Shown: positions 47,683 through 56,422 of the stretch, one piece after another
Layout of the letters: each line of letters starts with the position of its first letter
How positions within the stretch are numbered: the stretch's first letter is position 1
DNA from: a virus
DNA: 64,000 bases
IMG/VR virus record: IMGVR_UViG_3300050158_000056
Location: 30,791-94,790 of that record
Direction: 5' to 3' (one strand)
Made by a program: the position numbers and the translations under genes
Notes under the pieces: generated by a model
Seen by the model: only the letters and a program-made list of their open reading frames with translations
Told to the model about the DNA's origin: nothing
Databases searched by the model: none

Positions 47683-50214
47683 ATGCGATTTATAAGTCTA
47701 TCATTGACTGAGTATGAGTATGTACGCGACTCAGATATCAGTCACATCGAAGCTAAATTTTCATCTGATGTACAGTTAGTTATCGGGAGTAACGGAAGTG
47801 GGAAATCTAGTATGATGCGGATGCTGTCCCCCTATCCAGCTACTAGAACGATGTTTGGTAAGGGAGGACATAAATCTCAACAGATTGAAAAGGATGGTGT
47901 AGTCTACACACTCGAGTCCGACTTTTCAAAACCATCATCTCCTCACTTGTTTTATGAAGGAGATAATCTAGAGAATCTAAATATCGGTAGGACTACAGAT
48001 GCACAAAAGGATCTTATCGTAGAGCATCTGGGCATTACCCCATTTGTAGATGATCTGATTATGAACAGATATACTTTTCCCAAATGGTCAGCTACCAAAC
48101 GTAAAGAATTTGTCATGGCTAACAATCCTGATCAGATAGGATTTGTACTGACTCATTTAAAACAGATCTCATCCAAGATCAGAGCTTGTAAGAATAACTT
48201 AGCTAGATTACAGACACGTAAGATCTTACTAGAACAGGATCTATTGTCACCAGAGGTCACTCAAGAACTCATCGATGAGAAAGTAGCTATCGATAGTGAG
48301 CTGGGATTGTTTCAGAAGAACCTCATGGATATCGAGGTAGGTCTTAGGACTATATCTCATCAATCACATATGTCTATCGATATCAGTGGCCTTAGAAAGA
48401 CTGTGAGGAACTGTCGATATAAACTAGCATCATTGAGTCATGTGAGTAGAGACGACTATACACGTAGTCAGGATAGAGAGAATCTCATCGGTCGTATCGC
48501 TGGATGTGACCAAAAGATCCAGACTATCGAAGAGGATATCATCCGTATCACAGATGGCCTTAGAGATATGGAAGTGAGATATCTAGAGATAGCGCCTAAT
48601 GATGATTTAGCTAATATCGATCTTAGCATCTCTAAGTTAGAAGATGAGCGTAATAGATTACAAGTCACTCAGCCTCCATTCGAGATAACTCATGATGAGT
48701 TAGTCACTAAGTATGATGAATGGAATGAGGTCAGAGATAGACTATTGTTATTCACTGATTGTGAGGTGACCCTACTCAATCGGAATAAGAGGACTCATAG
48801 AGAGCAGCTACTCAATAACCTTAGTCATCGTAAGTCATCTATAGAGATGTCGCTGAGTGACTTTAGGACTCGATATGAGAGCCTATCTAAACGCAATAGT
48901 CTTAGTCCATCAGATATACCAGACAGTCCATGCGCTAAAGACAAGTGTCCTTTGTACAATCACTTTCTAGGTGAGTATACTACAGCTGAAGAACAACGGC
49001 AGACTTTGAAAAATAAGATAGCTAGACTAGAACATAAAGAGAAGAGAATCCATTTACTCTTAAATGCACTAACTGACTATCAGAAAAGATCTAAGCCTTA
49101 TTACGATGAGATTAGATGGCTAGTCTCCTATGCTCAGAGTAATCCGATACTCCATCATATCTTACGACAGATGGATATCATGAGTGCATTGCAGCACAAT
49201 AGTAATTCTATATCTAGAAAACTAAAAGATGCGTATGATCATATCGATCAGTGGATTAGATTGAAGTCAGTGGTATCTGATCTTGAAACAGCCTATACTC
49301 TTAAAACCCGTAAATTAGGCTCTCAGAACAATGATACGATAAACCTAGTTAAAGGTATAGAGAATGCTAAGAACTCACTGTACGAGCTCCGTGGAGTAAT
49401 CTATGGGGTATCCAACGATCGTAGTGTATTCAGGCAACAATTAACTGACATAAATACATTCGATAATCTAAAAAAGACCACTTTAGAAATTAAAGGTCAG
49501 TATATCAAGATCGCTAATTACTTAAGTGATAATCATGAGAAAGATAAGTTAGCTTTTCTTAAGAAATCCATAGAGTCAGTAAGATCGGAACGATTCCTAA
49601 GGTTATCTGATATAGAAAGGACTCTGCGTGCTCAGGAGTCTCTCCAATCTAGATACACCGAAGAAGTCGTATATGAGATTACTAGGATAGAAAAAGAGAT
49701 GAGTGATTTAGAGCAGATGGAAAAAGCTCTAATAGCTATCCCTAAGGAAAGTACTATCAACTTCTTGAATGATATATTTGAGCAAGCTAATAAGATTATC
49801 GAATCGGTATGGACTATACCGCTGAGGATAGAACTACTGTCTGATACAGATCAGCTCAATTATGAATTTACTGTGTCTGGAGATAACAACTCCAAGAGAG
49901 AAATAAGTGATTGTTCCGATGGTCAAAATGAGATCATTACATTGGCCATTAATCTAGCGTTGCGGATAAATCTAGGGCATTTGGATTTACCTATTGCGTT
50001 AGATGAGGCTGGTAGGACAATGGATGATACTCACAAAGAGAAGTTACTATATCTCTTAAAACAACTCCTCGATGATCGCATCATATCTCAATTGTTCTTA
50101 GTGAGTCACACAGCAGTAATACATGAGGGTTTTTCAGACGCTGAGACTCTAGTCGTCAGAGAGGATAATGTGTTTCTCCCTGAGATCTACAACAAACACG
50201 TTAAGATAATCTAA
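47683..50214 (+). CDS. sbcC: SbcC/Rad50-like ATPase (phiKZ gp165-like)
   Basis: Walker A GSNGSGKSS, coiled coils, CAKDKC hook, SDGQ signature, IALDE, H-loop VSH; start MRFISL. Confidence 0.9.
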   Translation: MRFISLSLTEYEYVRDSDISHIEAKFSSDVQLVIGSNGSGKSSMMRMLSPYPATRTMFGKGGHKSQQIEKDGVVYTLESDFSKPSSPHLFYEGDNLENLNIGRTTDAQKDLIVEHLGITPFVDDLIMNRYTFPKWSATKRKEFVMANNPDQIGFVLTHLKQISSKIRACKNNLARLQTRKILLEQDLLSPEVTQELIDEKVAIDSELGLFQKNLMDIEVGLRTISHQSHMSIDISGLRKTVRNCRYKLASLSHVSRDDYTRSQDRENLIGRIAGCDQKIQTIEEDIIRITDGLRDMEVRYLEIAPNDDLANIDLSISKLEDERNRLQVTQPPFEITHDELVTKYDEWNEVRDRLLLFTDCEVTLLNRNKRTHREQLLNNLSHRKSSIEMSLSDFRTRYESLSKRNSLSPSDIPDSPCAKDKCPLYNHFLGEYTTAEEQRQTLKNKIARLEHKEKRIHLLLNALTDYQKRSKPYYDEIRWLVSYAQSNPILHHILRQMDIMSALQHNSNSISRKLKDAYDHIDQWIRLKSVVSDLETAYTLKTRKLGSQNNDTINLVKGIENAKNSLYELRGVIYGVSNDRSVFRQQLTDINTFDNLKKTTLEIKGQYIKIANYLSDNHEKDKLAFLKKSIESVRSERFLRLSDIERTLRAQESLQSRYTEEVVYEITRIEKEMSDLEQMEKALIAIPKESTINFLNDIFEQANKIIESVWTIPLRIELLSDTDQLNYEFTVSGDNNSKREISDCSDGQNEIITLAINLALRINLGHLDLPIALDEAGRTMDDTHKEKLLYLLKQLLDDRIISQLFLVSHTAVIHEGFSDAETLVVREDNVFLPEIYNKHVKII

Positions 50215-50232
50215 CTATAAGGAGCACCGACT

Positions 50233-50634
50233 GTGAGTAAAGAAGAGGATATACTCAGACGAGAAAATAGATCTCTGAGAGATAAGTTGAATCTACTAGA
50301 AGAACAGAACCTCCAATTACGGGAACAGATAACTAAACTATCACTACCGACTGAGTGGGAAGTGCCCACTACACTTAACCTAACTCCATGTGAGCAGACT
50401 ATACTCAAACTACTGTACGAATCACCAGGAGTGGGGAGTAGAGAGAAGTTTATCAATTTACTCTATCTTAATAAGCCTAGTGCTGACCCACACAGTGGTA
50501 ATCTGATAGATGTGTTTATTTCTAAGATTAGGAAAAAGAGTAAGCCATTTGGTGTAGATATAGATTGTGTGCGGGCTAGAGGATATGTACTATCTAACGA
50601 TAGTAGGACTATCCTAGCTAACTGGGATAAATGA
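50233..50634 (+). CDS. OmpR/CtrA-type winged-helix DNA-binding protein with N-terminal coiled coil and no receiver domain
   Basis: LTPCEQTILKLL..LIDVFISKIRKK..VRARGYVL. Confidence 0.8.
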   Translation: MSKEEDILRRENRSLRDKLNLLEEQNLQLREQITKLSLPTEWEVPTTLNLTPCEQTILKLLYESPGVGSREKFINLLYLNKPSADPHSGNLIDVFISKIRKKSKPFGVDIDCVRARGYVLSNDSRTILANWDK

Positions 50635-50646
50635 TAAAAAGAAAGT

Positions 50647-50678
50647 ATATGAGAGAGGGCTCACGCCCTCTCTCATAT
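50647..50678. terminator. bidirectional hairpin
   Basis: atatgagagagggc/gccctctctcatat. Confidence 0.75.
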
Positions 50679-50725
50679 CTCTCACATAGATTAAAATGAT
50701 GTGCTGGACTCAGTATCAGGATTAG

Positions 50726-51250
50726 TCACATATGCGAATTCATAGTGGAAGCTGGTACGCCCAATCCATTGATAATAGATTTATCGATATAGTTAAGAAG
50801 ATCTGGATCAAAGTCTGTGGAACTAGTCTTAGCATCGGCTTCATTACAAACACTCTTTGTATATTCTTCATCTTTTTCTGGATCAGTTGTATGTGGATAT
50901 TCAGAATACAAATGTTTCTTTATATCTGCGCCCTGAATCTTATCTGCATATAGAGTATTTATATCGAGATCATTTGGCCACAGAGGTGTCTGACTACGTG
51001 CTACCGCATCGATGGTAGCCACTTCTTTCTTTTTATGAAGAGGGAGGCTGCGCACTAGATTGAAACACCACCATGATACCTCGTTTCCTACTGGCCATAG
51101 TAGTACCACTAGTATAAGCGCTGGATAAGCTAGCCATGGCCTAGGATTAGATCGACGATCTGACATCATAGGTAGGGTAGTATCACTAAACCGTTTCAGC
51201 CATATTAGACCAATGGTGAACCAAACTAAGAGTCCTGCTAAGATATACAT
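50726..51250 (-). CDS. membrane protein
   Basis: Two N-terminal TM segments. Confidence 0.6.
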   Translation of the reverse strand: MYILAGLLVWFTIGLIWLKRFSDTTLPMMSDRRSNPRPWLAYPALILVVLLWPVGNEVSWWCFNLVRSLPLHKKKEVATIDAVARSQTPLWPNDLDINTLYADKIQGADIKKHLYSEYPHTTDPEKDEEYTKSVCNEADAKTSSTDFDPDLLNYIDKSIINGLGVPASTMNSHM

Positions 51251-51259
51251 ACTCTACTC

Positions 51260-51808
51260 CTAATTATGTTTGATCATATCGACTACATGTTCCACCAGAT
51301 GTTTCACGTTAAATTGAAGATCGATTAGTGAGCCATTATTATCGAGTATGTAATCGGCATGCGCTCTAGTGACAGTACAAGACGACGTATCTTCGATCCC
51401 CACTCGCTTACTAGCATCTATCCACACGATAAGGTCGTACAGATCTTTGCTGGCTTCTAGCTCAGTCTCAGATCGCATACCGAGATATACACTAAATCCA
51501 TCATCGAATAACTCACGAGTGACTCTATTCCAGGTAGGCGAATTATAAGCTTCGATTTGTTGATACCAGACTGACCTATGATTCATTCGATCATTGTGAC
51601 AATCTTCTGCTGAGGTATATGGTTTACCGATACTCTCGAAATAAGGCATCATAATCTTAGTGGTGGCATATGCCGAACTAGAACAACATTTAAACCCATA
51701 GGTCTCTAGTAATTCACCTACCGTATCTTTGCCACATGTGGCGACACCTATGATTAGTAGTTTAGGATTCTTCTTGTGTAAAAACTCTAGATCTAATTGA
51801 CTGATCAT
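51260..51808 (-). CDS. dNMP kinase-like P-loop protein
   Basis: IIGVATCGKDT; GMR..E; D.ILDNNG. Confidence 0.75.
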   Translation of the reverse strand: MISQLDLEFLHKKNPKLLIIGVATCGKDTVGELLETYGFKCCSSSAYATTKIMMPYFESIGKPYTSAEDCHNDRMNHRSVWYQQIEAYNSPTWNRVTRELFDDGFSVYLGMRSETELEASKDLYDLIVWIDASKRVGIEDTSSCTVTRAHADYILDNNGSLIDLQFNVKHLVEHVVDMIKHN

Positions 51809-52017
51809 AGTGGAGTATCCTCAGCTTTTGTAGGCTTACAGTCTCTGACCCCACCATATACTGGGTCTTCATATAAGTCCAGAGCAAATGCATTGCATCT
51901 AATGCACTTACCATGAGCTGTATCTAATCGATGACCTTTCTCATATACGTAATCGATAGTGACTCCATCTGGAAATAATTTAGCTGTGGGAGTACTACTC
52001 TCATTTGTCAAACTCAC
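51805..52017 (-). CDS. hypothetical protein
   Basis: Coupled ORF; CIRC motif. Confidence 0.5.
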   Translation of the reverse strand: MSLTNESSTPTAKLFPDGVTIDYVYEKGHRLDTAHGKCIRCNAFALDLYEDPVYGGVRDCKPTKAEDTPL

Positions 52018-52211
52018 ATCACACTCCTCTCATCTGAGCGTCTACATATATTTGCACCCCGGCGGGCGTGTATTTCAGTATCGTAGTACTGGAGATCTTT
52101 GAACCCGAATGGGTAGTGTGTCTTCCAGAACCATTTACCTTTTATTTGGACTACCCACCCCTTTTTCTTTTTAACTACTCGGTATACAGGCAGTGAATTA
52201 GGCTGGACCAC
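52014..52211 (-). CDS. hypothetical protein
   Basis: Coupled small basic ORF. Confidence 0.5.
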   Translation of the reverse strand: MVQPNSLPVYRVVKKKKGWVVQIKGKWFWKTHYPFGFKDLQYYDTEIHARRGANICRRSDERSVM

Positions 52212-52596
52212 GGAGATTCCCCTCGAAGGTTACACGACTAGAAACTCCTATCTTTTCGATGAGTGTTAGAAATCTTGTAGATAGATCTCCTGTACATCCC
52301 GCGTTATCATCTAGATCGGCAATTAATCTACCCAAAACAATAGACTGTTGTTGGATGTACATTGGATCGTTATCTAAATTTCTAATCTGATCGATTAGAG
52401 TAACTATCTGTTCATGGATTGGGATGAGAGATTGGTTGTCGCTTTGAGGTTCTTCTTCGCTAGCTATCGCAGGACATGGTTTTTCTAGTTCTCCATACCC
52501 ACCGATGGTATCAGTGTTTGCGCATTTATCGCATATGTAGTCGTACGAAGACGCCCCAAATGAAAATCTTCGATCATGTGATGGATGGTAAGACAT
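52198..52596 (-). CDS. hypothetical protein with Zn-binding-like N-terminus
   Basis: H..SS.D.ICDKC.ATD-like..L..PCP. Confidence 0.55.
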   Translation of the reverse strand: MSYHPSHDRRFSFGASSYDYICDKCANTDTIGGYGELEKPCPAIASEEEPQSDNQSLIPIHEQIVTLIDQIRNLDNDPMYIQQQSIVLGRLIADLDDNAGCTGDLSTRFLTLIEKIGVSSRVTFEGNLRGPA

Positions 52597-52738
52597 TATC
52601 AGATTCCTTATTTTCTAGGAACTCCGCTCTACGTAAACACCGATCTCGAAACTTCAGTTTCTCATCGGCTTGACGCTGAGCACTGACAGCCATCTGACGT
52701 AGTGTCATAGGTTCCCATTTGTTAAAGTTACTGGGCAT
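52574..52738 (-). CDS. hypothetical protein (54 aa, not in track)
   Basis: MPSNFNKWEPMTLRQMAV.. fills the operon gap. Confidence 0.4.
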   Translation of the reverse strand: MPSNFNKWEPMTLRQMAVSAQRQADEKLKFRDRCLRRAEFLENKESDNVLPSIT

Positions 52739-52744
52739 GGAGTA

Positions 52745-53242
52745 TCACTCATGCTTGGAGGAGATAGCTTGATTCAGACAGTCGACTAGAGTATCTCCTC
52801 GAAACGTCTCATCTGTCCAAGCAGGCCCTCTAACTACAGTAATTACTTCATTAGGTAGACCATTGAAATCTGGATTAGGTCCTGAGAATGTCACAGTCGC
52901 TCCTTCTTCAGAAAGGATCTCATCTACCAATCGAGATACGCCAAACCATCGTTTCTCTGCAGTACTCATTACCGGCTGGCATAGTTCGATTGCGTTAGCT
53001 AGCGACATCTGCCAGTCGTCAGTTACCATAGGGCACTCTTTGTCCGCCATATCACACATGGTCTGAGTGATAATTTTCGATACCTCATCGAGCCTTTCTT
53101 CAGCATCCATGCTGTAACCTATAGCGAGAGCTTTGTACTTAGCGATCGCTTTATCTTTGGCTACAATCAACTGAGCTATTTGTACTAGGGATAAATCTAC
53201 CAAGTCATTGACCTTAGTTACAAAGTTATTAGAAACTTCCAT
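52745..53242 (-). CDS. hypothetical protein
   Basis: 165 aa with AGGAGG RBS. Confidence 0.6.
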   Translation of the reverse strand: MEVSNNFVTKVNDLVDLSLVQIAQLIVAKDKAIAKYKALAIGYSMDAEERLDEVSKIITQTMCDMADKECPMVTDDWQMSLANAIELCQPVMSTAEKRWFGVSRLVDEILSEEGATVTFSGPNPDFNGLPNEVITVVRGPAWTDETFRGDTLVDCLNQAISSKHE

Positions 53243-53329
53243 GATTATTTCCTCCTACATCTACTACTGACAATACCAAACAGACTATTAGGAATAAGAT
53301 TATAATGACACAATCAAACATATCCCATA

Positions 53330-53758
53330 TCACCCTCTGTCTCGTACTCTCTCAAACCCACCGAAGTATTTGGATAATGCGACAGCCTCCGGGCTGTTGT
53401 ACAAGCGGTTCACGTACTTACAACGAGGACATACAAATTGTCCTTCGCCATCTTTCCAGTAATCTCCACCTGTGCAGCCATGAGGTTCTACATACCACTG
53501 CGTTTGGATATAGGTGATCTCAGATATAGGAGACCACATTCCGCACGACCTACCTCTAGATGAGTGATTCTGAGTACATTGGATAAGAGCACCTTTATTC
53601 TGTTTCTCACTAGCTACCTTAGCTTTCTCAATGATAGCTAGCGCACTAGCTACTAGATATTTAGCAGGCCCTCGCCATTTGGGGAGCTTTACTTCACATC
53701 GTATTATATTCGGGTTCTTAGTCATATTGAGTCTCCTTTGGTTAATATATGTCCTCAA
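53330..53758 (-). CDS. Zn-ribbon-containing hypothetical protein
   Basis: C..C, YIQTQWY..PHGCTGGDYW..CPRC. Confidence 0.6.
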   Translation of the reverse strand: MRTYINQRRLNMTKNPNIIRCEVKLPKWRGPAKYLVASALAIIEKAKVASEKQNKGALIQCTQNHSSRGRSCGMWSPISEITYIQTQWYVEPHGCTGGDYWKDGEGQFVCPRCKYVNRLYNSPEAVALSKYFGGFERVRDRG

Positions 53759-53777
53759 TGCGATTTGTTAGATAAGT

Positions 53778-54248
53778 TTACTCAGCAATATCAGTCGTAG
53801 TACAAGTAAGTAGGTCGGATATATCTAAGAGATACGGATCGATTACTGACATAACGTCCTTAGCCATCTCTAGAGCACGTTTCTCATAGTTACCCACCCT
53901 ATCACCCATACTGACTCTATAGGTCTCGTAATCGGATCCTACGCCATTATACTGCTCTTGTTTCCATAGACCAGTCATGATAGATTTAGCTACCTGCTCG
54001 GTGAGTGACTCAGTAATAGTTTCATTTATGAGTTTAGTATCTGTATCTAGTTGTACGACCTTATAGTCGTAGTCTGTATCAGATACTTGATTGACTGGTT
54101 CAATGTCTTTTTTGTCATACTGCGGGTAATAACAAGATCGACCGGTTGTTTTGTTACGACCACAGTCTGGACAATACTCTACTTCAGTACCATCTCCAGT
54201 GTAGATAATCATAGCACTATAATGAGCGCATTCTAAAACAGTAGACAT
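53778..54248 (-). CDS. hypothetical protein
   Basis: C.H..CPDCG N-terminus. Confidence 0.55.
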   Translation of the reverse strand: MSTVLECAHYSAMIIYTGDGTEVEYCPDCGRNKTTGRSCYYPQYDKKDIEPVNQVSDTDYDYKVVQLDTDTKLINETITESLTEQVAKSIMTGLWKQEQYNGVGSDYETYRVSMGDRVGNYEKRALEMAKDVMSVIDPYLLDISDLLTCTTTDIAE

Positions 54249-54273
54249 ACTTCAAATCCTTACAGTAGTTTTA

Positions 54274-54585
54274 CTAGCAAGTGGTATTACCAGTGGATGG
54301 ATTGACTACAGTGCATGCGGTGGTAGGAAGTGAGAATGGCGGTGTACCTGTACTTGGTGGATTGATAAATCTAGGATCTATATTGGTTGGTAGAGGACTC
54401 GGACTAGTAAACTTAGGATCGATATTCCACTTAGGAATACTAATAGATTCTTTCAATTCAGGAGTCTCTTTTGTGAATACTAGTTTGAGATGCTCCTTAA
54501 TACAATCCCACTGTTCCGGAGTAGGTGGAGTACCATTGAGTTCTACAAACCCATTTAACCAGTAGGTGAAATTCTCAGGTGTCAT
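54274..54585 (-). CDS. conserved phage hypothetical protein
   Basis: MTPENFTYWLNGFVEL..QW..IKEHL.LVF.K.TP; Pro-rich tail with NIDP.F repeat. Confidence 0.65.
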   Translation of the reverse strand: MTPENFTYWLNGFVELNGTPPTPEQWDCIKEHLKLVFTKETPELKESISIPKWNIDPKFTSPSPLPTNIDPRFINPPSTGTPPFSLPTTACTVVNPSTGNTTC

Positions 54586-55078
54586 GTCCGAATACCTCTC
54601 TTTGGTTATCTCTACCTAACTCAATAATAGATTCATGATTACCGATATTGTTTCCCTGATTATCATGGGCCGTATATCGGATACTGATGTCATTGTTGTT
54701 AGGTGACTGATTGTCATTAATCAGCCTCCCATTCTCACCGATATCGATGGTGTAATATTCTTGACTATCGAAATCAATAATCAACAGCGCTCCTGAGAAA
54801 CTATCCAGTCGCGGTTTACTGCAAGTATATGCGAATGTAATAGCTTTACGGCCAGTTAACCCAAACTTAGCCCCTTGGGCTAGGATGAATATGGGCAGAT
54901 CTTCCCTATCCAGAGCCTCGTCGAAATCCCGGATAATCACTGACCTGGGGTCAGTGTGATCTCGGTGTACGATAAAACTAGCATCTTCGATAGCCTCCCA
55001 CGCGATGATAAATTCACTCACTTGATCTGGATTGTTGAGTTTGAGACTTGTGACGAAATTCGTATAATAATCAGTCAT
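54575..55078 (-). CDS. hypothetical protein, tandem paralog A
   Basis: MTDYYTNF..TGRKA..TCSKPRLDSFSG. Confidence 0.7.
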   Translation of the reverse strand: MTDYYTNFVTSLKLNNPDQVSEFIIAWEAIEDASFIVHRDHTDPRSVIIRDFDEALDREDLPIFILAQGAKFGLTGRKAITFAYTCSKPRLDSFSGALLIIDFDSQEYYTIDIGENGRLINDNQSPNNNDISIRYTAHDNQGNNIGNHESIIELGRDNQREVFGHDT

Positions 55079-55079
55079 G

Positions 55080-55544
55080 TTAGTTATCCAATTGTTCTAG
55101 GGTGACACAGTTGAAGTCGAGTGATAGTACCGATGAAGTTGGGTTGCTATTTATAGTCTCAGCAAGTCCTTCTATAGTCAGAAACCTAGTCAGCTTAGTA
55201 TCGAAGTCGAACACCAATAGTGTCCCACCAAACCCATCGAGACGATGTTTAGAACAGGTGTTGGCCAAGCTGAATGCTTTCCTACCAGTAAAACCAATCT
55301 GATCGGATAGATGGTACATGAACTTACAAAGTTGATCCTTATCCACTCCACCACCAATGTCTTCTATGATTAACATAGTTTCGTTGTCTGGATGTTTACT
55401 GACATCAAATGTCGCTTCGCCATCGGCATTAAGTTCTTTGTATAGACCGAGTGCTTTTTCGGCGGCTTCTTTATTTTCAAAATTAACTGGTTCAGCAAAT
55501 TGAGTATAGTAGTCAGCCATCTTTATATCCTCGTGTGTAAACAT
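55080..55544 (-). CDS. hypothetical protein, tandem paralog B
   Basis: MADYYTQF..TGRKA..TCSKHRLDGFGG. Confidence 0.7.
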   Translation of the reverse strand: MFTHEDIKMADYYTQFAEPVNFENKEAAEKALGLYKELNADGEATFDVSKHPDNETMLIIEDIGGGVDKDQLCKFMYHLSDQIGFTGRKAFSLANTCSKHRLDGFGGTLLVFDFDTKLTRFLTIEGLAETINSNPTSSVLSLDFNCVTLEQLDN

Positions 55545-55551
55545 AGGTAAG

Positions 55552-55577
55552 GTATAGGAGTCATATGACTCCTATAC
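55552..55577 (-). terminator. hairpin
   Basis: gtataggagtca/tgactcctatac. Confidence 0.6.
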
Positions 55578-55583
55578 ATCTAT

Positions 55584-55748
55584 TCAATTTATCAATAACA
55601 AATACATCAGTAGTAATAACGGGATCCAGGAGAAGATCACTTCTCCCCAATGACCTCTTAATCGATGATAAAACCTGATGGTCTTATCGGTCTTATACAT
55701 ATCGGCCCATGGACTAATGAATGGTTTATCTTTTTCACGATGTGGCAT
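55584..55748 (-). CDS. small membrane protein (54 aa, not in track)
   Basis: MPHREKDKPF..SWIPLLLLMYLLLIN*. Confidence 0.4.
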   Translation of the reverse strand: MPHREKDKPFISPWADMYKTDKTIRFYHRLRGHWGEVIFSWIPLLLLMYLLLIN

Positions 55749-55760
55749 GTGATCTAGCTA

Positions 55761-56090
55761 TCACTTAAACAGATCGGGTCGTGAGACTTCGAATACTTCG
55801 ATGATTCTAGCTAAGACATCTGAAGGCATATCTCGTTCACCAGCTAACATCCCAGCTAACACTTTACGTTTCACGTTCACACGCTCTGCTAATCGTCTCA
55901 CACCGATATTACAAGAGTACATCATATTGGCGATAGCTTCATGCACACTACTGGGTCCACCATTAGCCATCGACTCAGCTAAGATAGCCCGCTCACTCAT
56001 CTTAGACATCATAAGGTCTTCGCTGAGCTGAGGTAATGCATTATTGATATCAGTCATGATATCTTTTTCTACAGACTTAATATCATCCAC
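55761..56090 (-). CDS. XRE-family HTH protein
   Basis: NIGVRRLAERVNVKRKVLAGMLAGER..LARIIEVFEV. Confidence 0.7.
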   Translation of the reverse strand: MDDIKSVEKDIMTDINNALPQLSEDLMMSKMSERAILAESMANGGPSSVHEAIANMMYSCNIGVRRLAERVNVKRKVLAGMLAGERDMPSDVLARIIEVFEVSRPDLFK

Positions 56091-56150
56091 GATCTATCTC
56101 CTAATTACTCGTAGAATCGTCTATAAAAGATATATAAAAAACAATAGATA

Positions 56151-56177
56151 GGATGGAGGGGTAATACCCCTCCATCC
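56151..56177 (-). terminator. hairpin terminator with offset U-run
   Basis: ggatggaggggta/tacccctccatcc; A6 on + at 56136-56141. Confidence 0.8.
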
Positions 56178-56195
56178 ATACCTTAGATTACTTAT

Positions 56196-56396
56196 TCAGA
56201 TATAACTAGCTAGTTTCCAAACTGCTACGACAAAGAAACTCACTAAGCTTAGTACCGTGGACAATCCGGTCAGTGCCCCGACAGTGTGATATACGACGTT
56301 GCGAATACCAGTAGTCTCTTTATTGAATATCGAATTGCCTAGATTGATTACAAAGCTAACTACGAATATAAGGAGTGATAGCTGTAGAGTGGTCAT
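56196..56396 (-). CDS. small two-TM membrane protein
   Basis: Hydrophobic; directly downstream of phuZ. Confidence 0.55.
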   Translation of the reverse strand: MTTLQLSLLIFVVSFVINLGNSIFNKETTGIRNVVYHTVGALTGLSTVLSLVSFFVVAVWKLASYI

Positions 56397-56422
56397 GACG
56401 TATATCCAATCTTGCTATTTTG

